64,000 nucleotides of DNA, from positions 23,117-87,116 of the forward strand of contig CABXWB010000006.1 of NCBI GenBank assembly GCA_902515745.1. The letters run 5' to 3'. The notes beneath the pieces are model-generated. The model was not told the DNA's origin and searched no databases. It saw nothing but the letters and a program-made list of their open reading frames with translations. This document shows positions 1 to 9,486 of the stretch, piece after piece; the stretch's first letter is position 1; each line of letters opens with the position of its first letter. Origin of the DNA: an uncultured Alphaproteobacteria bacterium. GTDB taxonomy: Bacteria; Pseudomonadota; Alphaproteobacteria; HIMB59; GCA-002718135. Position numbers and translations under genes: made by a program.

Positions 1-369
1 GGAGGAAATTTAAATTTTAAATTTTCTTCTAGAGCCTTAACTAAGTTACAAATGTATGATTGGCCTGGAAATATATCCCAATTAATAAACTATGTAGAGA
101 AAAGTCTGATACTTAACCAAGATCAAAATATAAAAGAGTTAGAGGTTGATGATTTAGCTTTGCAAATGGGAGATGAAACTGCGTCAAATTCTTCCAATAA
201 TTCACTGGATTTGTCTTTAAAAGAAGCAAGATCCGAATTTGAAAAAAATTATTTAATATCGCAAATTAAGAGATTTAATGGTAATATAACCAAAGTTTCT
301 GAATTTACAGGAATGGAAAGAACTGCTCTTTATAGAAAATTTAAATCACTAGATATAAAAGTAGAATAA
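1..369 (+). CDS. ntrX: NtrX-type sigma54-family response regulator, C-terminal part (truncated by window start)
   Basis: Frame is open from base 1; YDWPGN AAA+ end motif and Fis-type HTH (LKEARSEFEK...GMERTALYRK); sits before trkA as in alphaproteobacterial ntrYX-trkA loci. Confidence 0.85.
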   Translation, partial: GGNLNFKFSSRALTKLQMYDWPGNISQLINYVEKSLILNQDQNIKELEVDDLALQMGDETASNSSNNSLDLSLKEARSEFEKNYLISQIKRFNGNITKVSEFTGMERTALYRKFKSLDIKVE

Positions 370-376
370 CTATTCA

Positions 377-1741
377 ATGAAAACAATTATTTGTGGTGCT
401 GGAGATGTTGGATATAGCATAGCTGATAAACTATCACGTGAAAACTTTGAAGTTACAGTTATTGATGAAGATGAAAATAGATTAAATAAGGTATCTGAAA
501 ATTTGGATGTCAAAACAATAAATGGTATTCCTAGTATGCCATCAGTTTTAGATAGCGCTGGTGCAAATGACTGTGAAATACTTATTGCAGTTACTAAGAG
601 TGATGAAACTAATATGGTTACTTGTCAAATTGGACACTCTTTATTTAAAATAAAAAAGAAAATTGCAAGAATAAGACAACAAGATTATTTAAAAAATGAT
701 TGGAAAAATTTATATAATGATGAAAATTTCCCAATAGATGCAATTATTTCTCCCGAACAAGAAGTTGCTAAGGGTATATTTAGAAGATTAATTTCTCCTG
801 GCACAATTGATATGGTTGAATTATCGGATAAAAAATTGAAATTAATTGGATTAAAATGTGAGGATAATTTCTTACATTCAGGTCTATCTGTAAGAGAATT
901 ATCAGAAAAATTTCCTGACTATTTAGCTAACATAATGTTTATATTTAGAGGTGATCAAAAATTTACAGTAAATTCTTCAACTAAAATTGAAAAAAAAGAT
1001 ACTATCTTTCTAGTTGTAGAAACTGATAATTTGACAGACGTTTTATCTGAATTTGGTCATCAAGAATTGCAGGCAAAAAAAGCTGTGATTATTGGAGGTG
1101 GAAATATAGGATTTTCACTTGCACAATTAATTGAAAATTCAGAAACATATATTAAAACTGAACTAATTGAAGCTAATAAAGAACGCGCAGAATTTCTTGC
1201 ATCAAATTTAGAAAATATCACAGTGACATGTGGAGATGGTTTGGACAATCAGATACTCGAAGAGGTAAACATATCAGATTCAGGATACTGTATATCAATT
1301 ACAGAAGACGATGAAGTTAATATACTATCATCCTTACTAGCTAAAAGAGCAGGAGCTGATACATCAATAACTTTGATTAATAACAGTAATTATTCATCTT
1401 TGTTGTCTAATATAGGTGTCGATATGACCATAGATCCAAAAATAATTACAATTTCTAAAATTTTAGAAAAGGTAAGAGGTGTAAAAATACGAAACGATTA
1501 CTCTATAGGTGAAGGTTTTGGAGAAGTAATAGAGGCAGATATTCAGTCTAAATCATTTCTTTGTAATAAAAATCTTAAAGAATTAGAATTACCAAAAGGT
1601 ATACGTATTGGCTCTATTGTAAGGGATAAAAAAATTATAATCCCTAATAGCCAAACTATTTTTAAAGAAAATGATGATGTTGTTTTTTTTGCGGAAACAG
1701 ACTGCATAAAAAAACTAGAAAAACTTTTATCAAAAGTTTAA
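377..1741 (+). CDS. trkA: Trk system potassium uptake NAD-binding subunit
   Basis: 454 aa; two Rossmann motifs (ICGAGDVG, IIGGGNIG); tandem RCK domains. Confidence 0.95.
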   Translation: MKTIICGAGDVGYSIADKLSRENFEVTVIDEDENRLNKVSENLDVKTINGIPSMPSVLDSAGANDCEILIAVTKSDETNMVTCQIGHSLFKIKKKIARIRQQDYLKNDWKNLYNDENFPIDAIISPEQEVAKGIFRRLISPGTIDMVELSDKKLKLIGLKCEDNFLHSGLSVRELSEKFPDYLANIMFIFRGDQKFTVNSSTKIEKKDTIFLVVETDNLTDVLSEFGHQELQAKKAVIIGGGNIGFSLAQLIENSETYIKTELIEANKERAEFLASNLENITVTCGDGLDNQILEEVNISDSGYCISITEDDEVNILSSLLAKRAGADTSITLINNSNYSSLLSNIGVDMTIDPKIITISKILEKVRGVKIRNDYSIGEGFGEVIEADIQSKSFLCNKNLKELELPKGIRIGSIVRDKKIIIPNSQTIFKENDDVVFFAETDCIKKLEKLLSKV

Positions 1742-1745
1742 TCTA

Positions 1746-2591
1746 ATGCCAAATTTTGCTTATATAAATAACAAATTTGTAAATTTTAAATCAGCAAAAA
1801 TTCATATAGAGGATAGAGGATTGCAATTTGCAGATAGTGTTTATGAAGTTATCGCAGTTTTAGGTAATAATTTAATAGATTTAGATTTTCATCTTAAGAG
1901 ATTAAAATATTCTCTTCGTGAATTAGAGATTAAATTTACAATCAATAAAAAAAACTTAACTAATATTTTTCTAAATCTAATAAAGAAAAATAAAACAAGA
2001 AATGGTATAATATATTTACAAATTACAAGAGGTATTCAATTTCGAGAACACAAATTTCAAAAAAATTTAATCCCAACTTTGATTGTATACACAAGAAATA
2101 AAAGTTTTAATTTACCTGGAAAAAAATTTGTAGGAGTAAAAACAATTACATACCAAGATCTTCGATGGAAAAGACGTGATATTAAAACAGTAAATTTACT
2201 TCCAAATATTATAGCTGCAAATATGGCCAAAAAGAAAAACGCATATGAGGCAATTTTAATACAAAATGGAAAAGTAACTGAGGGCACATCTTCTAATATT
2301 TGGATTATAAAAAGAAATAATTTAATAACTCATCCAGCTAATTCTGATATTTTAAAAGGAGTAACTAGAACATCTCTTTTAAAAATTATAAAAAAAACTA
2401 GCCTTAAACTAATAGAAAAACAATTTACCCATAAGCAATTAATTAATGCTGACGAAGTATTTTTAACAAGCTCTGGAAGTTTTATTACTCCTATTTTAAA
2501 AATTGATAATAAAAAAATAAATAATGGTAAAATTGGCAATATCACATTGAAACTAGCAGAAATGTATACTGAAGTATGTATAAATGGATAA
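1746..2591 (+). CDS. dat: D-amino-acid transaminase (PLP fold IV)
   Basis: EDRGLQFADSVYEV, RRDIKTVNLL, TEGTSSN and ILKGVTR motifs. Confidence 0.85.
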   Translation: MPNFAYINNKFVNFKSAKIHIEDRGLQFADSVYEVIAVLGNNLIDLDFHLKRLKYSLRELEIKFTINKKNLTNIFLNLIKKNKTRNGIIYLQITRGIQFREHKFQKNLIPTLIVYTRNKSFNLPGKKFVGVKTITYQDLRWKRRDIKTVNLLPNIIAANMAKKKNAYEAILIQNGKVTEGTSSNIWIIKRNNLITHPANSDILKGVTRTSLLKIIKKTSLKLIEKQFTHKQLINADEVFLTSSGSFITPILKIDNKKINNGKIGNITLKLAEMYTEVCING

Positions 2592-3390
2592 TATAAAGCA
2601 AGATGACATTGAGGACATTTGTTTTAATGTAAGTCAAAATATTATCTTGCCAAAATTTAAAAATTTATCAGAGGATGATATTAATTATAAAAATGGATCT
2701 GATTTAGTAACAGCAGCTGATATAGAAGCAGAAAAAGAATTAAAAAAAAATCTCTTAAAAATATTACCTACTTCAAATTTCGTAGGTGAAGAGGAATATT
2801 CTAGAAATGAAAATATATTAAATCTTTATAAGGAAGATGCATATTGTTGGACTGTTGATCCAATAGATGGAACAACAAATTTTGCTAACGGTAGAGATAA
2901 ATTTGCAATAATGATTGCTTTAACTTTTAAAGAAAAAATTTTGCGTTCTTGGATATATAAGCCATTAGAAAAAATTATGTGCTCCGCTGTTGTAAATGAA
3001 GGTGCTTATATTAATAATAATAAAATTGTTACAAAAGCAAAAAATATAGTTGAAGAAACTATAGGATCAATAAGTACAAAGTATTGGGAGCCAGGATTTA
3101 AAGATAAGTTAAAGATGTTTAAAAACATATTTAAAGAAGTTAACTCTTATAGATGCATTGGTTTTGAATATATAGATATAGGCATAGGGATTAGAAATTT
3201 TGCTATTTTATCAAAACTATCCCCCTGGGATCACATTCCGGGTATTCTTTTTGTAAGAGAAGCAGGTGGTGCAGATATAGATTTTGATAAAAATAAATAT
3301 GACTTTACAAAAAAGAATAAGAATTTAATTGTAAGTAATTCAGAAGAATTGAATTTAAAAATTTTAGAAAAATTAGGAGAATATTCATGA
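2584..3390 (+). CDS. Inositol monophosphatase family protein
   Basis: DLVT.AD, GEE, WTVDPIDGTTNF and PWD motifs. Confidence 0.9.
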   Translation: MDNIKQDDIEDICFNVSQNIILPKFKNLSEDDINYKNGSDLVTAADIEAEKELKKNLLKILPTSNFVGEEEYSRNENILNLYKEDAYCWTVDPIDGTTNFANGRDKFAIMIALTFKEKILRSWIYKPLEKIMCSAVVNEGAYINNNKIVTKAKNIVEETIGSISTKYWEPGFKDKLKMFKNIFKEVNSYRCIGFEYIDIGIGIRNFAILSKLSPWDHIPGILFVREAGGADIDFDKNKYDFTKKNKNLIVSNSEELNLKILEKLGEYS

Positions 3391-4259
3391 GTATTAAAAA
3401 TGTTTCTTTTATTGGCTTAGGAGTAATGGGTTATCCAATGGCAGGTCATCTTCAAAACAAAGGTTATAATGTAACTGTGTATAATAGAACAACTGCTAAA
3501 GCAGAAAAATGGGTAGAAGAATATAAAGGTAGCATGGCTAAAACTCCTGGTGAAGCTTCTCAAAATTCTGAAATTGTTTTTATATGTGTTGGACGCGATG
3601 AAGATATTATTGAAGTTATGGAAGGTGAAGATGGAATTCTTTCAAAAGTAACTGAAGGATCAATAATTGTTGATCACACAACAGCTTCCGCAGAGATAGC
3701 AAGAAATTATTATCAAAAACTTAAAGATATAAAATTGAGTTTTCTTGATGCTCCTGTATCCGGTGGTCAAGCAGGTGCAGAAAATGGCGTTCTTTCTATT
3801 ATGATTGGCGGCGATGAAATAGATTATAATACTGTTAAACCAGTTCTCACATCTTATGGCAAAGCGGTTGAACTTATAGGTCCATCTGGATCTGGCCAAA
3901 TAGCTAAAATGATAAATCAAATTTGCATTGCAGGATTAGTTCAAGGTTTATCTGAAGCAATGGCTTTTGGAAAAAAATCCAATGTAGACATGGAAAAGGT
4001 TCTTAGCGTAATATCCAAAGGCGCAGCTCAATCGTGGCAAATGGAAAATAGATATAGAACTATGCTTGAAGGAAAGTTTGATTATGGTTTTGCCGTAGAT
4101 TGGATGCGTAAGGATTTATCAATTTGTTTTAATGAAGCTAATAAAAATGGTGCAAACCTTCCTATTACAAAAATAGTAGATAAATATTATGAAGAAGTCC
4201 AAAAAAATGGTGGTAATAGATTTGACACGTCATCTTTAATGACGCTAGTTGATAAATAG
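3387..4259 (+). CDS. NAD(P)-dependent beta-hydroxyacid dehydrogenase (3-hydroxyisobutyrate dehydrogenase family)
   Basis: FIGLGVMGYPMA, DAPVSGGQAGA and K.INQ motifs. Confidence 0.9.
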   Translation: MSIKNVSFIGLGVMGYPMAGHLQNKGYNVTVYNRTTAKAEKWVEEYKGSMAKTPGEASQNSEIVFICVGRDEDIIEVMEGEDGILSKVTEGSIIVDHTTASAEIARNYYQKLKDIKLSFLDAPVSGGQAGAENGVLSIMIGGDEIDYNTVKPVLTSYGKAVELIGPSGSGQIAKMINQICIAGLVQGLSEAMAFGKKSNVDMEKVLSVISKGAAQSWQMENRYRTMLEGKFDYGFAVDWMRKDLSICFNEANKNGANLPITKIVDKYYEEVQKNGGNRFDTSSLMTLVDK

Positions 4260-5167
4260 TGGTTAATAAATATTTATTAGCTATTATTTTATTAATTACT
4301 TCTTCTTTTTTTTGGTCTGGAAATTTTTTTGCTGGTAAAATTGCATATAATACAGACTTGTCTCCGTTTAAATTAAGTTTTTTTCGATGGACTTTAGCTT
4401 TTATTATACTTTTACCTTTTACATATAAGGAGATAAAAAAAAATTTAAAATATTATAAAGAAAATTTTTTATTAATTAGTTTGATTGCATTTCTTGGTGT
4501 AACTATCTTTAATTCTTTTACTTATATATCTTTACAAACTACACTTGTAATTAATTCTGCTCTTATGAATTCTGTAACACCAGTTCTAATAATTGGTTTC
4601 TCATGGTTAATATTTAAAACGAAAACAAGTTTACTCCAATTTATTGGAATATTTTTGTCTGTTATTGGTGCATTTTGTATTATTTTAAAAGGGAATTTAA
4701 ATAATCTTTATTCTTTTCAATTTACAAGTGGTGATATTTGGATGTTTATTGCTGCACTTTCATGGTGTGTATACTCAGTACTATTAAGAAAAATAGATAA
4801 AAATCTTTCTCAATTTGCAACTTTAGAAGTGCTTATATTTATTGGTCTAATTTTCCTCATACCTCTATATTTAATAGAGTCTTCAAATTCTACTTTCACT
4901 CCTGATAATAGTACTGATTACTTAATAATTATTTATGTAGCCATATTTGCAAGTATTGTTTCTTTTTTTTCTTGGAATATGGGAGTCTCAATTATAGGCG
5001 CTAACAGAGCTGGATTATTTTTACACTTAATACCTGTATTTAGTTCAATTTGGGCAATTAGTTTTTTAGGAGAACAATTTGCTTTATTTCATTTAATTGG
5101 AACTATATTTATATTATTGGGAATAATACTCTCAAACTTAAATTTAAAATATGTCAAAGATAATTAA
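4259..5167 (+). CDS. DMT/EamA family transporter
   Basis: 302 aa, about 10 hydrophobic segments, FWSGNF and GANRAGLF motifs; GTG start. Confidence 0.88.
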   Translation: MVNKYLLAIILLITSSFFWSGNFFAGKIAYNTDLSPFKLSFFRWTLAFIILLPFTYKEIKKNLKYYKENFLLISLIAFLGVTIFNSFTYISLQTTLVINSALMNSVTPVLIIGFSWLIFKTKTSLLQFIGIFLSVIGAFCIILKGNLNNLYSFQFTSGDIWMFIAALSWCVYSVLLRKIDKNLSQFATLEVLIFIGLIFLIPLYLIESSNSTFTPDNSTDYLIIIYVAIFASIVSFFSWNMGVSIIGANRAGLFLHLIPVFSSIWAISFLGEQFALFHLIGTIFILLGIILSNLNLKYVKDN

Positions 5168-5546
5168 AACAGATCAAGAATGGAAATCTCTGCTCACAGA
5201 GGACGAGTATTATGTAACAAGGCAAAAGGGAACAGAACCCCCATTCTCAGGTAAAAATTTTGAAATTACTAATGGTGGTATCTTTAAATGTAAATGCTGT
5301 GGCAATGAATTATTTAATAGTTCAACAAAATATGATTCATATTGTGGTTGGCCAAGTTTTTTTGAACAAATATCACCTGAAGCAATTAAAACAGAGATTG
5401 ATAGATCCCATGGAATGGTTCGTATTGAAATTATGTGTGCAAAATGTGATGCACATTTAGGTCATGTTTTTGATGATGGTCCTGAGCCAACAGGTAAAAG
5501 ATATTGTGTAAATTCTCTTTCTATTAATTACGAAGAGTTTGAATAA
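5151..5546 (+). CDS. msrB: Peptide-methionine (R)-S-oxide reductase
   Basis: GTEPPF, GWPSF, HLGHVFDDGP and RYCVNS motifs; two CxxC. Confidence 0.97.
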   Translation: MSKIIKTDQEWKSLLTEDEYYVTRQKGTEPPFSGKNFEITNGGIFKCKCCGNELFNSSTKYDSYCGWPSFFEQISPEAIKTEIDRSHGMVRIEIMCAKCDAHLGHVFDDGPEPTGKRYCVNSLSINYEEFE

Positions 5547-6717
5547 TACTTTTTATACACTCCTATTTTCATCAATAGGCCATGCATTAATGCACATGTT
5601 TGCTGCATTTTATTTTGTAATTGTATTGACTATAGAAAAAGAATGGAATGTTTCTTATGATCAATTAATTAGATTATGGTCTCTTGGAGCTTTACTGATT
5701 GGTTTAGGGGCAATTCCTTTTGGGTGGTTAAGTGACAAGTGGTCTCGCTCAGGAACAATGACAATTATGTTTATTGGAATGGGATTAGCTTCCATATTGT
5801 GTGGCTTTAGTACATCAATTTCTTTTTTATTTTTTTCATTATCGCTACTTGGATTTTTTTGTTCAATTTATCACCCTGTAGGTATTCCTTGGGTAATTCA
5901 TGCAGCAAACAAACAAGGAAGAGCTCTTGGTTTAAATGGTATTTTTGGTGGAGTAGGGATTGGGTCTGGAGCATTTGTTGCTGGTACTCTAACAGAATTA
6001 TTAAATTGGCAACTAGCTTTTATATTACCTGGTTTAATTTCGATAATATTTGGATTTATTCTGATATACTTAATCTTAATTGACAAAATATCTTACAAAA
6101 ATTATTTTATTAAAAATGATGATCAAGATCATTCGCGTAACGAAATGATTTTAATTTCCTTAATAATGCTTTTATCAATGTTTGCACTTGGATTATCATT
6201 TCACAATACACAAACAGCCTTACCTAAAGTTTTTGAGATAAGAATTGGTAACACAAACTCAATTCAAATTGGATTTATGATAGCAATTATCTATTTTATT
6301 TCAGGCGCTACAACATTTATTGGCGGTCTTCTTGCTGATCGATTTAATTTAAAAGCCATTTACTTAATTGGAATATTTCTCCAGTTTCCTTCCTACTTAG
6401 GTATAGCTTATATATCTGGCTATTCATTAGTAGTTTTATGTATTCTAGCTGCTATATTTAATGCCAGTATTCTACCAACAGAAAATCTACTTCTTGGAAG
6501 ATTTACACCTCAAAAGTATCATGGTGTTGTATATGGAATTAAATTTATTTTAGCTTTTGGTTCAGGACCAATTTCAGTATTCTTAATTTCAGAAATATAT
6601 TCTATTACATTGGAATTTACATATTTATTTTTAATTAATGCAATAATGATGGCTATTGTATCAATAGTTATTTTATTTTTACCATTCCAATCTAATAGAA
6701 ATGTAGTAAAAATTTAA
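5539..6717 (+). CDS. MFS transporter
   Basis: 392 aa, about 12 TM segments, GWLSDKW and GGLLADRF loop motifs. Confidence 0.9.
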   Translation: MNNTFYTLLFSSIGHALMHMFAAFYFVIVLTIEKEWNVSYDQLIRLWSLGALLIGLGAIPFGWLSDKWSRSGTMTIMFIGMGLASILCGFSTSISFLFFSLSLLGFFCSIYHPVGIPWVIHAANKQGRALGLNGIFGGVGIGSGAFVAGTLTELLNWQLAFILPGLISIIFGFILIYLILIDKISYKNYFIKNDDQDHSRNEMILISLIMLLSMFALGLSFHNTQTALPKVFEIRIGNTNSIQIGFMIAIIYFISGATTFIGGLLADRFNLKAIYLIGIFLQFPSYLGIAYISGYSLVVLCILAAIFNASILPTENLLLGRFTPQKYHGVVYGIKFILAFGSGPISVFLISEIYSITLEFTYLFLINAIMMAIVSIVILFLPFQSNRNVVKI

Positions 6718-6732
6718 ATAATCACAAATAAG

Positions 6733-6761
6733 TTGACCAATGAAAATTTTTAAGTTTTAAT
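6733..6761 (+). promoter_or_regulatory. Putative sigma70 promoter of the aldehyde dehydrogenase gene
   Basis: TTGACC-N17-TTTAAT with the ATG 6 nt downstream and no Shine-Dalgarno. Confidence 0.45.
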
Positions 6762-6766
6762 AAATT

Positions 6767-8239
6767 ATGTCTGAAATTCAAACATACAAATTTTATGCAG
6801 GAAATAGATGGCATGAACCTTCTGCTGAAAAATATTTTGAAAGTGAGGATCCATCTATAGGAAAAGTATGGGCAAAGGTCCCTGATTGTAATGAAAAAGA
6901 TATTAATCTTGCAGTATCATCTGCTAAACAGGCTTATTATGAAGGTCCTTATGGTAAAATGCATCCAGCAGAAAGAGGGAGAACATTAACTAGAATTGGA
7001 GATATTATTGCTAAAAATGCTGAACATATTGGGCAAATAGAAACTAAAGACAACGGCAAACTTCCAAAAAATATCACTCCTTCTTTAACCAGCTGGCAGA
7101 CTGAGAGTTTTTATTATTATGCAGGCATGTGTGACAAGTATGAAGGTAGATTGATACCTTCAGAGGTTCCAAATATGCACAATTACTTAAAATGGGAACC
7201 GTTTGGAGTTGTTGCACTCATTCTTCCTTGGAACTCACCAATTGGAACATTAATCTGGAAATTAGCTCCAGCAATAGCAGCTGGAAATACAGTTGTAATT
7301 AAACCCTCAGAAAGAGCATCGTGCTCTTCATTAGAGTTAATGAAAATTTTAGAAGAAGCCGATCTACCAGAAGGATTGATTAATGTTGTTACTGGTTTTG
7401 GTCCTACTACTGGCGCACCTCTTATTGAACACCAAGATGTTAGAATGATAAGTTTTACAGGTGGAACAAAAGGGGGGAGTGCAGCTAGTTTAAGTGCATC
7501 CAAAAATGTTAAACCTATTATTATGGAACTAGGAGGAAAATCACCACAAATTATATTTAAAGATGCTGATTTAACTTTATCAGTTAATGGAGTTGCATCA
7601 GGAATCTTTCCAGTTTCAGGTCATAGCTGTATTTCAGGATCAAGAATATTAGTACATAAAGATATAAAAGATAAATTTACTCATAATTTATTAGAAATTG
7701 TTAAAAAGGCTAAAGTTGGTCACCCAAATGATACAGAAACACAAATAGGACCGATAGCAAATAAAGAGCAATATGATTTTATTTTATCTAAAATAGAATC
7801 TGCTGAAAAAAGAGGTTTAAAATTATTAATTGATGGAAGAAGAGAACAAAAATCTGAAGGGTATTATATTGGACCAACTATTTTTGATAATGTTCCAAAT
7901 GAAGATGATTTAGCTCAAAATGAAGTATTTGGTCCTGTAGCCTCAATACAAACTTGGGAGGATGAAGATGAAGTAATTAAAATTGCAAACGATACTATTT
8001 ATGGACTTGCAGCAGGTATTTGGACTAAGGATACTAATAAAGCTATACGTTTAGCAGATAAGATAGAGGCTGGAACTGTTTATATAAATAATTATTTTAA
8101 TGCTTCTACTCAATCTCCAGTTGGAGGTTTCAAGCAATCAGGATACGGTCGAGAAAATGGATGGGAGGGAATGCAAAGTTACATGCAGACTAAATCTACT
8201 TGGCTAGATACCAATCCATATCAACCAAACCCATTTTAA
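6767..8239 (+). CDS. Aldehyde dehydrogenase family protein
   Basis: PWNSP, KPSE, FTGG, ELGGKSP, catalytic Cys in GHSCISGSR, EVFGPV. Confidence 0.93.
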   Translation: MSEIQTYKFYAGNRWHEPSAEKYFESEDPSIGKVWAKVPDCNEKDINLAVSSAKQAYYEGPYGKMHPAERGRTLTRIGDIIAKNAEHIGQIETKDNGKLPKNITPSLTSWQTESFYYYAGMCDKYEGRLIPSEVPNMHNYLKWEPFGVVALILPWNSPIGTLIWKLAPAIAAGNTVVIKPSERASCSSLELMKILEEADLPEGLINVVTGFGPTTGAPLIEHQDVRMISFTGGTKGGSAASLSASKNVKPIIMELGGKSPQIIFKDADLTLSVNGVASGIFPVSGHSCISGSRILVHKDIKDKFTHNLLEIVKKAKVGHPNDTETQIGPIANKEQYDFILSKIESAEKRGLKLLIDGRREQKSEGYYIGPTIFDNVPNEDDLAQNEVFGPVASIQTWEDEDEVIKIANDTIYGLAAGIWTKDTNKAIRLADKIEAGTVYINNYFNASTQSPVGGFKQSGYGRENGWEGMQSYMQTKSTWLDTNPYQPNPF

Positions 8240-8246
8240 AAAGCAA

Positions 8247-9038
8247 TTATTCTTTCCAGTTTGGTTCTCTTTTTTCTAAAAAAGCTTCAATGCCTTCCTT
8301 GGAGTCATCATGTAACATATTTTCCGTCATTACCTTTGAAGTAAATGTATAGGCGTCTTCTAAATTCATATCTTTTTGTTTGTAAAATGCTTCTTTACCA
8401 ATTTTAATAGTATTAAAAGATTTAGAAGATATTTTTTTAGCAATTTGAAATACATTTTCTTTTAAAATATCTTCTTCAAAGACATCATTTATTAAACCAA
8501 TCCTTAATGCTTTATTTGCATCTATAAGATCTCCAGTGAGAAGCATTTCCATTGCTTGTTTTTTACCCACAGTTCTTGATAATGGAACCATTGGTGTAGA
8601 ACAAAATAATCCAATATTAACACCAGGAGTTGCATATTTTGCTCTGCTACTTGAGTAAGCTAAATCACAGCTAGAAATTAACTGACAGCCTGCTGCAGTA
8701 GCAATACCATCAACCATAGCTATAACTGGTTTATTATTTTTATTAATTTTCAGCATAAGTTGAGAGCACATTTGAAATATTTTTTTAAAATAGCTTTCAC
8801 CTTTGTCATTTTGCAATCTTTGTGAATTTAAATCTTTTAAATTATGTCCTGCACAAAAAATATTACCTTTTGATGATAAAATAATTACTTTTACATCATT
8901 ATCTTTATCAGCAATATCTAGTGCTGATGTTAATTCATTGATCATGTTTTCAGTTAAAGTATTTTGGTTTTTCAGGTCATTAAGAATAATATTAAAAATA
9001 TTATTATTTTTTTTGGTTAATATTAGATTAAAATTCAT
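8247..9038 (-). CDS. Crotonase/enoyl-CoA hydratase family protein (ECHDC3-like)
   Basis: FCAGHNLK, ATAAGCQL, PGVNIGLFCSTP and EGIEAFLEKR motifs. Confidence 0.88.
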   Translation of the reverse strand: MNFNLILTKKNNNIFNIILNDLKNQNTLTENMINELTSALDIADKDNDVKVIILSSKGNIFCAGHNLKDLNSQRLQNDKGESYFKKIFQMCSQLMLKINKNNKPVIAMVDGIATAAGCQLISSCDLAYSSSRAKYATPGVNIGLFCSTPMVPLSRTVGKKQAMEMLLTGDLIDANKALRIGLINDVFEEDILKENVFQIAKKISSKSFNTIKIGKEAFYKQKDMNLEDAYTFTSKVMTENMLHDDSKEGIEAFLEKREPNWKE

Positions 9039-9485
9039 TTAATTGATTTGAATTTCAACATCTTTAGAAAGTGAATTAGCAATAAAACAATACTTATGTG
9101 ATCTCTCTTTCATCTTTTTCATTTCTTCATCAGAAATATTAAAATTATCTTCAAATACTATAGCTGGATTTAGCTCTATTTTGTTGACGTACATTCTTCC
9201 CTCTGCATTTTTTCCTAAATAAGAAATTGCTTTATCTTTATAATTAATAACTGGCCATTTCATTTTTGCAGCTAAAGCTAAGAATGTCATCATAAAACAA
9301 CTACTTACAGCTGCAGCTAGTTTTTGCTCTGGATTAATATTAGTTTCGCTTCCTCCATAATCTGGAGATGATCCCGCATCAATAGATACATTTTCGTTAA
9401 GCATTACTGTGTGATCAGTCAAGTATTTTCCAAATTCGAGTTTTTGATCTCCTAATTCCCACTTTAATTTGATTGAATGACTCAT
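9039..9485 (-). CDS. OsmC/Ohr family protein
   Basis: NPEQKLAAAVSSCFMMTFL and HKYCFIANS motifs carrying the two conserved Cys. Confidence 0.88.
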   Translation of the reverse strand: MSHSIKLKWELGDQKLEFGKYLTDHTVMLNENVSIDAGSSPDYGGSETNINPEQKLAAAVSSCFMMTFLALAAKMKWPVINYKDKAISYLGKNAEGRMYVNKIELNPAIVFEDNFNISDEEMKKMKERSHKYCFIANSLSKDVEIQIN

Positions 9486-9486
9486 T

